From Macrostomum lignano (Eukaryota): a stretch of DNA of 64,000 nucleotides. Of the stretch, positions 24,381-36,900 are shown piece by piece. A program made the position numbers and the translations under genes. Every line of letters begins with the position of its first letter. The stretch's first letter is position 1. The stretch is from NCBI GenBank assembly GCA_002269645.1, contig NIVC01000146.1, positions 1 through 64,000 of the forward strand, given 5' to 3'. Under the pieces are notes generated by a model. The model was not told the origin of the DNA, ran no database searches, and worked only from the letters and a program-made list of their open reading frames with translations.

Positions 24381-25607
24381 ATTTGCTCGTAATTATGGAC
24401 TACGCAGTCAGACCTCAAAACAATGTGCGACAACTCACCGCTACGGCCATGCAAGCTTTTCAATAGAAACGATAGGGCTGTAAAGTTTGGTGTCTCAGAA
24501 CTGGCAAAATATTGAAGCTAATAAACAGGATTATAGATGGAAAATAATATACACTAGCGTACAAATGCAGGTAGCAGGTGGAAGAGTTTAAGCTGGAGAG
24601 CCAATCTGCAGCCAATGGGAAGCCCTCTGTTGGCTCTTACTCTCATCCTTTTGTCAAACTTGCAGTGCTGGGTTCTGGTCCAAGCTTTCTTCCATTTTGT
24701 AATTCTTGAACCTTTCTGTCATCAAGAAAATTTGATTTTTAACTTTTCAAAACCCAAGAATCTCTTGATATTCAGTAGCTTATTATTTTATTAAATTATG
24801 GGTTCGGCCTTTTAAGCCTGTAGCTTCGGGCCTGAGAACTCAGAAATGAATCTCTTAGAACTCGACCTCTCACTTCTGTCAGATGGTCAGCCCCATGGTA
24901 GCTAGATTGTGGGCGAGCAGCTAGGTCCTATAGCTAAGAGAAGACAGCGAGAGACAAGCAGGGAGAGTTTGAAAGGTAGAGATTAGCTAATCCACCGATT
25001 AACTAACCCGCTGCCACCAGTCCGTGCGCCCCGGCTGACCAAACCGGAGCTATTGAAATCGGACTTCCGACTAGAGGGGCACTGCACTTACCTGCCACCT
25101 AGTGTCTTTTAGCTGTCTATCTCGAAGTCATAGCCGAATAGAAGGGACGCTGCTGGGACTAAGATCGCATTGGCCATGCAGGGACAGAGAGGACTTTTGC
25201 AGGGGGTTCTTGCGCTGGCGAGCCTTTATACACTGCCAAATGTACTACCTCATTACCAAATTCCCAGAAGTACATGTACAAGTACACGTAACTGCACGCC
25301 TTTGGCACTAAATGTGTTAACACATCGACAATAGCGATGATGTTGGTGTATTGTCACCTTTGGAGACCCTTAGCCTAACAATTAACTCGTTTTAGCCGCT
25401 TAGCTGCCTGAGACTGCGCGAAAGCACCGGTCTGGCACTTAGTTTGCATGTTTATCATGATTGCTTAGATCGACTGATTGACTGGGAACTGTGTCGCTTC
25501 CGGTTCACTGTGACCCCTGCCTCTAGGTCTAGCCACTCATCTCAGTTGGCATTGCGAAAAAGAAAAAAAAACGTTAAGTATTTAACTTACAGGTTAAACT
25601 TTCTCAC

Positions 25608-26410
25608 TTATACTGTCTAACAAAAGTTCTTGTACGGTTGCTTCTGTTGCCTCTGGTATCCATAATTTCCATCCGTTTCAAATGAAAATTAGTGCAAATG
25701 AAAGCTAGGAATCTCTGCAACATTTTCTGTTTCACCGTATTTTTTTATTCTGGAGTGGCTCGGAACAGCTTGCCGTTTAGCACAGACAGATCGAATAAAA
25801 AAAGTGACAGAATGACATAGAGCAAGCAGTCTATGGCCAACTTTCTTTACGCGTTGACAAACTCCACAGTGTCTAGGAAGCCTTCTGTCGATCGATCGCT
25901 CTGTGTGTGGGGTTTGCTTTACTTCTTCACCCAGGCGACATGTCTATGGCCTAAACTGTCGCACACTGTATAACCCTGTGGTTCCTCGCAAAGTTCCATG
26001 ACTTAACTTGTCCTTTCTGAGAGACATGCCTGTTGTGAGCCAAGAAATTCGTTGGAGAATCGTTTCGCTTCGAGAGGACGCATTTTACCTTAATTAATAG
26101 CGAGACAACAAGGAAAAGATCGATTAAGTGGTTTTCTAGACATTTAGTGACGAAAAAATAAGGCCTAGACAGCTAAGTTGGCCATAGACTGCTTGCTCTA
26201 TGTCATTCTGTCACTTTTTTTATTCGATCTGTCTGTGCTAAACGGCAAGCTGTTCCGAGCCACTCCAGAATAAAAAAATACGGTGAAACAGAAAATGTTG
26301 CAGAGATTCCCAGCTTTCATTTGCACTAATTTTCATTTGAAACGGATGGAAATTATGGATACCAGAGGCAACAGAAGCAACCGTACAAGAACTTTTGTTA
26401 GACAGTATAA
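25608..26410. mobile_element. ~800-bp non-autonomous DNA transposon with 236-bp TIRs, TA-flanked (Tc1/mariner-like)
   Basis: 25608-25843 is the near-perfect reverse complement of 26175-26410; ends are ttatactgtc / gacagtataa. Confidence 0.9.
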
Positions 26411-26935
26411 ATCACAATCCTAAACGCCTTAGGTTGAGTCGGAGCGAATAGCTACTTTTAGTATTAAACAGAACTTCTGCCACGAGTTTGGCACACAAAA
26501 ATCGATTTATTTTTAATTAGTTGGCGCCGGAAGGAGTCGAGGAGGGGGGAGAGTGAGAATGGGGGTGTTGGGGCAAAGCCCCCACTTTCTACAATGAAAT
26601 TTAAATAAATTTTAGTCTATGGCCCACATCGACATTAATATGCACTGTAGTTTTTTGATCCCATAAAGAGGGAGACAGAAGGTTTAAGAGAGCTGAGTAG
26701 AAAGACAGCAGATTTGATTGCTTGCATCTTTCATTTACGCAAACGAAATCGCCATGGCTGACGCAGAGCCAACTACAGTGGCAGAAGTTCTGCCTCCTCT
26801 ATTTAACTACGGAGCTATGCCGAATGGTGAGATTTCAGGAGTAACATCCGGCGAATTCGACTTGATCTGCACGTCATTCGATCATGCCCAAGGTCATTAG
26901 ACAGTCGAGATGCAGCGAACCGCTATAGATTCTCT

Positions 26936-27300
26936 GAGAAAGGCTGCTAGAGGCTTTCGCTATCTTCTTGAGTTTATGAAGAACGTCAGTGAGAAAGCAG
27001 GCCTTACTAAGGTGTACACCGACCGCTGCATATGGTAGGTAGTTTGACCTGTACTTTTGCCCACCATATTCATGTGTCTCTGTGAACACATTTGAATCTA
27101 GACAAATCAGTTGCCAACTTTTCTTAAACTGCAGAGTAACTAGAGCGTGCCACCTGGATGCCTGTGGCCAGACTATCCAGGAGATCTTGCTCATCACTGG
27201 GCGAAAGTGAAAGATCGTTAAGCTAGCTCGTCCAAAATCCAATCACAATAAGCGAGGCTACGATGGAGGAATGTGCGGACGTTTATCAAGAGCCTGTCCA
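26936..27300 (+). pseudogene. Crypton-like tyrosine recombinase C-terminal remnant with a 100-nt intron (27035-27134)
   Basis: FMKNVSEKAGLTKVYTDRCI|(R)VTRACHLDACGQTIQEILLITG, then frameshifted (H)xSERSLS: resembles the YTNHxxR...TGHxSxxSLxxY pattern with the catalytic residues decayed. Confidence 0.55.
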
Positions 27301-27590
27301 GACCGACGGCGCACTACGTGTGCAGGCTGCTCCGTCAAAGAAGATGAAAGTGACCATTGGTGGCAGTCGCAATCTGATCGATATTCTTTTTGAGTGACGT
27401 TTCTGTGTAGGCCTGGTATTAAATGATTAACATACGATTTCTTTGTTGAACAGTTTTTGATGTTTTTCTAACATAAAAAATAAAATTTACCCTTTGTTAT
27501 TGTTTAAATTGCCGTTGCGTGTTAATGTCCAAAATGACATTAACACGCATCCCACGCGCGTGTTATTGTCACCAAAAGTGCATAGCAATG

Positions 27591-27626
27591 TCAGGGACTA
27601 CTCAAACATGTTTGAGTAGTCCCTGA
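27591..27626. other. Perfect 36-bp palindrome
   Basis: tcagggactactcaaaca followed by tgtttgagtagtccctga. Confidence 0.95.
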
Positions 27627-27793
27627 GTAATGTCATAAGATAGCATAGGACTCGGCCTAGGTGAGAGAATAGAGAGAAAATCCTAGGCTAGCCTACTGAT
27701 AGTAGGGGAAGAGGCGCATCGAAGCTAAATGTGCGGTTTTAAGATTGAAAAAATGTGCGTCCTCTTCATAAAACTATCATCAAATTAAATAAT

Positions 27794-28225
27794 CTCTTAT
27801 CTCATCCTAGCTCTCATCTCATCTTCTTTCTCTTCTCTTATCTCATCCTAGCTCTCATCTCATTTTCTTTCTCTTCTCTTATCTCTTCCTAGCTCTCATC
27901 TCATTTTCTTTCTCTTCTCTTATCTCTTCCTGGCTCTCTTCTTATCCCATTTTCTTTCTCTTCACTTATCTCGTCCTAGCTCTCATCTCATTTTCTTCTC
28001 TTCTCTTATCTCATCCAAGCTCTCATCTCATTTTCTTTCTCTTCTCTTATCTCATCCTAGCTCTCATCTCATTTTATTTCTCTTCTCTTATCTCATCCTA
28101 GCTCTCATCTCATTTTCTTTCTCTTCTCTTATCCCATCCTAGCTCTCATCTCATTTTCTTTCTCTTCTCTTATCTCTTCCTAGCTCTTATCTCATTTTCC
28201 CTCTCATTTCCTATCTCGGCTCTCC
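27794..28225. repeat. 41-bp CT-rich minisatellite
   Basis: Unit ctcttatctcatcctagctctcatctcattttctttctctt, ~10 copies. Confidence 0.92.
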
Positions 28226-28500
28226 CCTCTCCTCTCATCTCTCATCTCGCCCGCAGCCACGATCTGGATTCTTTACCCTGGCCCTTGAGGTAAAGTTTGC
28301 CGAACCCGGAACCAAAACGGCAAGACGGAATCTGTTATCTAACTGGTCTTATAGCTCAGGAGAATACGAGGCATCGAGAGAGGGGCTTGTCGGAGAAGGG
28401 ACGTTCAGGGACATTACAAGTTAGACATCTGGACTGGCAGCATGGCTGAGCCAATGCTAGCTGCAAATTTAAGCTAATCAAATGATCTCTTTTTGCTCAC

Positions 28501-28768
28501 TAATAATAATAATGATAATAATAATTGATTACAACTGCCCTAGTGGGCAGATGTGCAACCGACAGCTCAGCCGCAGCTATTGCGCGGCGCATCTGAGGGC
28601 TGCGTACGGCTGTTCAGTCCAAGGTCTGGGGGTCGCCACACACGCCCTCAGTTACCCCAGCTAATGCTGGCACCCATTTTACAGCTGGGTGAACTGAAGC
28701 AATGCAGAGTTAAGTGTCTTGCTGCTCAAGGATACAAATTGTTCCGTGCGGGTTGAGAATCCTGACTG
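28501..28768 (-). mobile_element. SINE family A copy
   Basis: Reverse complement of 24125-24380 with a (TTA)n tail. Confidence 0.85.
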
Positions 28769-29155
28769 TACCCACACAGCTTTATCTGCCCAAACGTTAC
28801 TTGAATGGTGCAACATGATGAGGAAGGCAGATTTATCCACACATTTATGTATTCAAACCATGTACATTAATTTCCACCTCTTCTCCAGGTAAATATAAGG
28901 TGACAGACAGTTACAGCACACAGCCAGTGCCAGGTAGATGTGAATCTCTAACCAAACGAATGTTTGCACACCAAACAGCTCAAAACTGCCCTAATCTCAC
29001 ATCTTTTCCGACTCTCAAATCTGAACTAACATTGGCCTTCTCAAGTGAGAGAATAATGCTGGACAGTTACAAAACGCAAAAAGAAAAGACCAAGTGTACA
29101 TCCATGCGACTCTGCGTGAGCTGAGTCCAAGTTGAGCACTCGCCATCCAGCCGTC

Positions 29156-29189
<34 letters not shown>

Positions 29190-29249
29190 CAGCAAGCAAA
29201 ATAAAGAGCTGCGCCGCTCTCACATCTCCAAGCGATTCGGCATTTGCGA

Positions 29250-29510
29250 ATGGAGATGAGCTCACGGTTCTGCCAAGCTCTGCTCCCACTGCTGCTCCTG
29301 TTGCACCTGTCTGCTCTGCGGCTAGCCGTCTCTGTCGAGGACGTCGAGAACGACGATAACGACGGCGACGCTGAAGAAGTTGACGACGACGACTCCTGGG
29401 AGGATGAGGAGAAGCGGATCAACGGTGGCCTTCTAGGCGGAGGTGCGGTTCAGCTGCGCCTGCGGCGGCGCTACTTGCAACAGTACGGGCCGCCCGCGTA
29501 CCCCGGCTGA
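29250..29510 (+). CDS. Short secreted prohormone-like protein (86 aa), or first exon of a larger secreted protein
   Basis: ATG at 29250; signal-peptide-like FCQALLPLLLLLHLSALRLAVS; acidic D/E tract; KR and RRR sites; ends in Gly-stop. GC-rich, with (CT)n upstream. Confidence 0.55.
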   Translation: MEMSSRFCQALLPLLLLLHLSALRLAVSVEDVENDDNDGDAEEVDDDDSWEDEEKRINGGLLGGGAVQLRLRRRYLQQYGPPAYPG

Positions 29511-29639
29511 TTCTCAAGTCAGCAATTGCACGGATGCCGGCGCTTAAAAGGGAGAGAAATTGACACTCGACTTCGCTTTAATGGCCGATTTTGCTTTTAA
29601 ATACAATTAGCGAGATGAGACAAGTGGCCTAAAATTGGA

Positions 29640-29869
29640 TTTTGGGGCTAAAATTGGAATCTCGGCTTGGCTCTGCTCGTGCAATTAATGCCCTTGAGGG
29701 CCAACCCCCCAAGGCACAGTGAAGTCAGAGGTGCTGTACACTACTGTGTGAGTGCGTGCCTGAGCGTATGACTGCGTCTGAGTATGACTGGAGTCGGCAG
29801 AATGGGCAGCAATGCCTCTCGCTTAAAGTGTGCCAGGGTGCACACAGCCTCCTGCCTGACTAAAAAACC
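29640..29869 (+). mobile_element. SINE family B copy, 5'-degraded
   Basis: ttggggctaaattggaatctcggcttggctc...ccagggtgcacacagcctcctgcc..aaaaaa matches 56422-56777 in reverse. Confidence 0.8.
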
Positions 29870-30230
29870 CTGAAGCAGAGCCTGCATCCATCACTAATCA
29901 CCTGCAGCACAGCAACATCCAGAAGACAACAGAAAACACGCATTGAGAGAATTACTTGACTTAGCTGCTGGGGGCTCCGGGCATCCGGATGCAGCGAGGC
30001 GTTGCCGCTCATTTCACTAACCCCTGGCGACCACGGGCAGATGGTGCTGATGCATTGAGAGACAACAATGGACTTTTACAGAGCTGGGTAAATATGACTG
30101 AGTCAGCACGAGTTCAGTATGTGATGGCAGGTTTCATCTCAAAGCATTGGCAATAAAACTTTTTCTTCATTTCAACAATGCATTGTTCAACCATTACCCA
30201 AGGCGGAGTGAGAAAATAAACCCAGAGCAC

Positions 30231-31287
30231 TGATCCCAGCCAGCTGTATAGCTTCATCTGATCCTTAACCAGCTGTAGCTTCATCTGATCCTTAGCCAGC
30301 TGTAGCTTCATCTGATCCTTAGCCAGCTGTAGCTTCATCTGATCCTTAGCCAGCTGTAGCTTCATCTGATCCTTAGCCAGCTGTAGCTTCATCTGATCCT
30401 TAGCCAGCTGTATAGCTTCATCTGATCCTTAGCCAGCTGTATAGCTTCATCTGATCCTTAGCCAGCTGTAGCTTCATCTGATCCTTAGCCAGCTGTAGCT
30501 TCATCTGATCCTTAGCCAGCTGTAGCTTCATCTGATCCTTAGCCAGCTGTAGCTTCATCTGATCCTTAGCCAGCTGTAGCTTCATCTGATCCTTAGCCAG
30601 CTGTAGCTTCATCTGATCCTTAGCCAGCTGTAGCTTCATCTGATCCTTAGCCAGCTGTAGCTTCATCTGATCCTTAGCCAGCTGTATAGCTTCATCTGAT
30701 CCTTAGCCAGCTGTAGCTTCATCTGATCCTTAGCCAGCTGTAGCTTCATCTGATCCTTAGCCAGCTGTATAGCTTCATCTGATCCTTAGCCAGCTGTATA
30801 GCTTCATCTGATCCTTAGCCAGCTGTAGCTTCATCTGATCCTTAGCCAGCTGTAGCTTCATCTGATCCTTAGCCAGCTGTAGCTTCATCTGATCCTTAGC
30901 CAGCTGTAGCTTCATCTGATCCTTAGCCAGCTGTAGCTTCATCTGATCCTTAGCCAGCTGTATAGCTTCATCTGATCCTTAGCCAGCTGTAGCTTCATCT
31001 GATCCTTAGCCAGCTGTAGCTTCATCTGATCCTTAGCCAGCTGTAGCTTCATCTGATCCTTAGCCAGCTGTAGCTTCATCTGATCCTTAGCCAGCTGTAG
31101 CTTCATCTGATCCTTAGCCAGCTGTAGCTTCATCTGATCCTTAGCCAGCTGTATAGCTTCATCTGATCCTTAGCCAGCTGTATAGCTTCATCTGATCCTT
31201 AGCCAGCTGTAGCTTCATCTGATCCTTAGCCAGCTGTATAGCTTCATCTGATCCTTAGCCAGCTGTAGCTTCATCTGATCCTTAGCC
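30231..31287. repeat. 27-bp minisatellite (gatccttagccagctgtagcttcatct) with 29-bp variants, ~38 copies
   Basis: Seen directly. Confidence 0.97.
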
Positions 31288-31692
31288 TTTCACGTCCCCG
31301 CGGTACTTTCCAAGTGTTTAGTGACCTGGTATCCAGACTCCATACTCACAGAGGCCTCCTGCTGAACTTTGCTTTTCGCATGTACGGCGGCCTTGAAAAT
31401 TTCTCTGCCGTCGAATTTGCCTTCTTTTGCTTTTGTTTCACGTCCGGTGCAGCGTCACCGTCCGCATGAACCCATCTTTGGAGAAGCCACTTCAGCGCAG
31501 CTTCAGGGCCGCGCCCTGCTGCTGTGCGGCTTCTTCGACCTGCTTAGATGCACTAATTAACCTGTTCTCACTGTGATCACTGGCCCGTGCAAGCGATCTG
31601 CAGTGGCACATCGACGGACCCCGGCTCCGCATCCGGGTGACCAAAACCATGCAATCAACTGGGGAAACAGGACCAATGTCAAACTGAAAATA

Positions 31693-32135
31693 CTGACACC
31701 TGCAGTACAGATGCTACTGACACCTGCGGTACAGATACTACTGACACCTGCAGTACAGATACTACTGACACCTGCAGTACAGATACTACTGACATCTGCA
31801 GTAGAGATACTACTGACATCTGCAGTAGAGATACTACTGACATCTGCAGTACAGATACTACTGACATCTGCAGTAGAGATACTACTGACATCTGCAGTAG
31901 AGATACTACTGACATCTGCAGTACAGATACTACTGACACCTGCAGTACAGATGCTACTGACATCTGCAGGTCAGGTACGAGTACTATTGACACCTGCAGT
32001 AGATACTACTCATATCTGCAGATCGGATACTACTCACACCTGCAGTACAGATACTACTCACACCTGCAGTACAGATACTACTGACATCTGCAGTACAGAT
32101 ACTACTCACACCTGCAGTACAGATACTACTGACAC
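31693..32135. repeat. 24-bp minisatellite (actgacacctgcagtacagatact)
   Basis: Seen directly. Confidence 0.93.
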
Positions 32136-32389
32136 TGACATTTCGAAGTTCAGCTCCAAAACATGCCATAAATCTGAGTGTAAAATGCTATTCATTTCAG
32201 CCAGCCACAGCCTCAGACGCTGTACACGGTCCCTCTCAGCATTTGCTGCATGAAAATTTGAAAACTGCCGTTTCGTAAAATTCGGCCACTTTAGCAACTT
32301 CGATTTATATAAACATGAAAGAGTACAAACTTTTGCTCAAAACTGTTAACTTCATTCAGAGAACCAACCCACAAACACCTGGTGTATAT

Positions 32390-32836
32390 CACAGATACTA
32401 GAATAACTAGACGAGCCACTCAGGCGTATATACTTAGCAAAACAGCTTTCTACTTTCAGTTCAGTAGCAATGAGGAATACATAAGCTATTTTATAAGAAT
32501 AAAGGCAGCTGAGATGACTTTGATAAATTTAGAAGCCCAAGCTTTCAGACGTAAACAGCTTGCTAATTGGTTCAGCAATAATGTACATTAGCCACTGAAA
32601 TGTACATGGCAGATTTAGGCTGGAACAACCGAGGAAGGTAATAAAAATTGGGTGGCGGGGCAGGGGTAGAGCTTCTGTGTGGAGTTTGTGGGTTCAAGCT
32701 TGGTGGGAAAGAGCCAATAAATAGGCCTTGTTTTTAGAAATAAAATTAAAATGCTTCAGTTTAACTTACTACTGAACTGAAAGTAGCTTGCACGTAAATG
32801 TGCGGAGTGGCCCATCTAGTTATTCTAGTATCTGTG
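32390..32836. mobile_element. MITE with CACAGATACTAGAATA TIRs, copy 2 (inverted relative to 12384-12829)
   Basis: TIRs at both ends; the internal sequence aligns in reverse with copy 1. Confidence 0.85.
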
Positions 32837-33097
32837 CACTGTGTATATAGAACAGGAAACTGTGTGTAAAAGCCTTGAAAATAGTCTTGAGTCTAAAAGC
32901 CTTGAGTAATTTTAATACTATAAGTAATTATCCCCATTCATTGCTACTTATACTAGTAGCATTATAAATACGAGATTTTGACAGCGCGTGGCACTTTCGA
33001 AATAGTAATAAGACGAGCTTTTAATTTAATAAGATTTCAGTTGCGATCAGATCGCGGACCACGTGACCCTGCAGCCGGAACCAGCCTTAGCAGCTGG

Positions 33098-33200
33098 TCT
33101 GTACGCAGACACGCACTCATACACACGCTCAAACAGGACGTACAGCGGCCTGAATTTCTCATCGTTGGGCATGTACACTGTCTGTGCCTTGAAATTAGTG
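33098..33200 (-). mobile_element. SINE family B internal fragment
   Basis: gtacagcggcctgaatttctcatcgttgggcatgtacac resembles 56578-56620. Confidence 0.55.
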
Positions 33201-33328
33201 TGAATCACCGTGTGACAGCGGAGAGTCAGACCCGTGTACCGCTGAGCTGCTCTGCTACTTGGTATTGATGCGTAGAGAGGAATGGAAAATTTAAATTCAA
33301 TGCTTAATTGCTGAATTAGTTAATTGTA

Positions 33329-33425
33329 CACTACTTAGTAAACTATATACACTACTTAGTCAACTATAGATACTACTTAGTCAACTATATATACTACTTA
33401 GTCAACTATATATACTACTTAGTAT
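33329..33425. repeat. ~21-22 bp tandem repeat (actacttagtcaactatatat), 4-5 copies
   Basis: Seen directly. Confidence 0.85.
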
Positions 33426-33904
33426 AATTCGCTGCAAGATTCTCACGAACGAAAGAAGGACACGAAACACGAAAGAGAAGCCAATCCAATCAGCCTGTTG
33501 AAAGAATTATCCTAATAAAAAACGGAAGCGAACAAACAGGTTTTTTAGGAGTTTAATAGCTGGAGTAGAAGTATTACACAGAAGTATAGTTAACAGTAAC
33601 AGTAGCAGCCTATGAAAAATGCCGTTCTGTGGTGCCTGAGCACTGCTCATAAATGCCACACGATCTCTTCTACCATTTTGCCAAGCTTTCACCCCCGCTC
33701 AGATCATGATTGATTGAGTAAGCTGCAGAAGACCGGAAGATCGCTAAAAAGAAAATATATATTTTGGTGCGTATATAGGAAAGTAAAAGTAAACGAAAGT
33801 GTGCGACGAATTCATGTGAAACAAATGTCAAGAGAATGTAATTGCAAACGGGACGCTCTAGTAATTGTTCCCCAGAGCACTGATCCCATTGCCGCGCCAG
33901 ATCT

Positions 33905-36900
33905 TCAGTCGTCCCCGTCAATGGACATGCAATTACCGGCCTGGGTGCTGGCAGCGGCAGCGGTGGCGGGAGTGGCAGCGGCAGCGGGAGCTCCAGTGGC
34001 CATCGGAGTCGAAAACCACCGCTGCATCGCTGAGTGCGGAAGAGGCGCCGGCGGCGGTGTCTCGACGGCAGTGAGACCTGCGGCTGCAGCGGCCGAGGGG
34101 GTGGACAAGCGCGACTGGACTGGCGAGTCGGACACCAGGACCACCTTGCCGCGGCTCTTGTTGCCGATGATCGAGCTGGCGCCCGAGACCGCCGACGTGT
34201 CCCCAGCCGCCGCAGCCGAAGCATCAGCGCCCAGTGACCGCGACAGCAGGCTGTGCACCGGCCGACTCTGCAGCGCCTCCTGAAGGCTTTCGTCAGACGA
34301 GGACAGCTCAACAACTTCGATCGGTTCGTTGTTCTCTCCAGCATCTGACTCAGCATCTGACTCAGCACCTGACCCAGCATCTGACTCAGCATCTGACCCA
34401 GCATCTGACTCAGCATCTGAGCCGGACTCTTCCACTAATTCGCCTTCTCCGTCAGCTTCCGAGAAGCTCATGGCGTGAGCACTGTCTGAGAGGCGTTCCG
34501 GCGTGGAAGGCACAATCAGCTTCTGAGGAGCCGGCGGGGCTGGCGAAGCCGCGCACGAGGCCTCCATAGCCGCGGCGCCGGCCTGCTGCTCATCATCGGC
34601 GGCCTCATCGGAGTCGGAGTCGATGGCCAGCCGGCGGACATTGCGGAGGCCAGCTGACGGCAGGCGCACGGCCAGCGGCGAGTCCTCGAAGCTGACGTCG
34701 GCTGCTGCGGGAGCAGCCTGCTGGACAGCCATCGAAGTGTCGCCTCGATTCGACTTGTCGAACGTCGGGTCATCGCTAACCACGCTGTCCTCGGAGACGC
34801 TCATTGCGTGGATGCTCTCAGACAGCTGGGCCACCGAGGGCGGCGGCGTCGGCGGCGATTGCGGCACTTGCTGTTGCGGCACTGACTGTTGCGGCACTGG
34901 CTGCGGCGGCACGGGCTGTTGCGGCACTGGCTGTTGCGGCATAGGCTGCCGCGGTGGCGGAGGCGGCGGCATCGGCTGCCGCAGTGGCGGACTAGGAGGC
35001 GGGCTTGGAACGCCAGCCGCTTCAACCCCGGCGGATGACGAGGCGGAAGCTGAAACCGAGGCGGCCGAGGCCGAGTCGGAGGCGTACACAGGCCGAGGCC
35101 GCGGCGGCTGCAAGTTTCAGATTTGTAGAAAGTGAATAATCAGTGCTCAGAAAGACAGTTAAAAAACTTTAGCAAACTTCATACCTGAGGAATTTTGGGC
35201 CGGGAGAGCGGCACAAACTGGTGCATGGTGGCCTCAATCCGGTCGCGCACATTGGCCGGCCGAGCGGAGCCCGGCTGCAGCACTGACAGCTCCATGCGGC
35301 TCATATCGATGCGGTCCAGCCTGCGGCCTGCCATCTCCTCGTTCTCCCTAGCCAGTGTCTCCTCCACCTGACGCCGGCGCTGCTCGGCAAATTTAGCCGA
35401 ATTAGCGGCTCCGATCGTGGTGGATTCGAGCCCGGGACCGCCGAACATACTGGCGGCAGCGGCGGCTGAGGCCTCGCTGTTGTCGTCCACGTCGGGCTCC
35501 GTGGCGTCGGCCTGCGTGAACATCAGGTCGTGATCGGAGATGCCGAACACATTCAGGCTGTGAAGGTAGGCCAGGTGCTCGTCAAGCTCCGGATCGGTGC
35601 GACGCTGGCCGCTGTGCAGCTCGGCCAGCTGCTGCTGCGTCTGCGACTTCAGGTGATCGTCCAGCTTGAAAAGCTCCCTCAGCTCTTGCTTTGTGAAGTA
35701 GCTGGCGGATTGAGCATAGGGGGGAGTGGGCGAATTTTGGGGTTAGAGACTCCAGCAATAGTGCTCATGAATTGCTCAAATATTTGTGCTCAGAAACTCG
35801 ATCGACAGTGCCGAGAATATCGATTGATAATGCTGGGAATGTCGATTGATAATGCTGAGAATATCGATTGATAATGCTGGGAATGTCGATTGATAATGCT
35901 AAGAAACTCGATCGATAATGCTGAGAATATTGATCGATAATGCTAAGAATATTGATCGATAATGCTGGGAAACTTGATCGATATTGCTGAGAAACTCGAT
36001 CATAAGCACTACATAAGCTCAGACTCGAACTCACCGATAAGGATCCTTGTCAGCCTCGCCGATGCCAGTTGTCTGTCTGGTGATACCATCTTTGAACACC
36101 TGTCGGCGGTAGATCTTCTCTTCCACAGTGCCGCACGTGATGAGCCGGTAGATCAGTACATTGCGACTCTGCCCAATGCGGAAGGCCCTGTCAACCGCCT
36201 GAGCGTCCACCGCCGGGTTCCACGATGGGTCCAGAATGACTACGCGGTCTGCCGCAGTCAGAGTGAGGCCGACTCCGCCCACCTGCGGAAGAGTGGCAGC
36301 AGACAGGTAAATTGACGACATAAATGTGTGAGGTTTAAATAGGCCCCTTATTGATGTTTAGATAAGCCAGCAATTTATGATTAGATATGCCACCAATGAG
36401 TGATTAGATACGAAACCTCTAGATGATTAGACACTGTTGGACTCTGACTGACTCTGATCTTTTATGGACTGTGGGCTCTGGGGTCAGTGTTTGGGGTGGG
36501 TTATTTGTCTGGTGAGGGTTTGCGTACTCTGTGTACATTGTTGCTCATTCTCTATTCCATCGTGCATGCCTTATCTCTGTCACCCACCCCAATGCTATGC
36601 TGCGATGCTTATTAAATGTGTTTCTGATCTAAGGTTGATTTCAAAAAACTTTTGTCACAACTTTTGAGTGCTGAAGCTATTGACTTTCACTTGGCGTCGG
36701 AAGCAGGATCGCGCATGCCTGCATACGGCCAGAATGTCTATTAAGATACGAGATCAACTGCCTCTGGGAAATGTGGACGAACTGCAAGCCTGGGTAGAAG
36801 TGTTCGACGCTCAGGCGAGGTCCAAAGGAGTCAGAGACGAGGAGAACAACCTCGGCTTGATAGACGCATTTCTAGGATCGCTGGGCGTAAGTCAACTTAT

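Noticed and set aside
25084-25096. U1 snRNA 5' end (acttacctg)
   Set aside because: No downstream U1 structure; it is simply the reverse complement of a consensus CAG|GTAAGT donor.
33670-35135. Overlapping alternative-frame and antisense ORFs
   Set aside because: Shadows of the GC-rich ERCC6L last exon. The same applies to the antisense ORFs over ENaC, GT92 and Gypsy pol.
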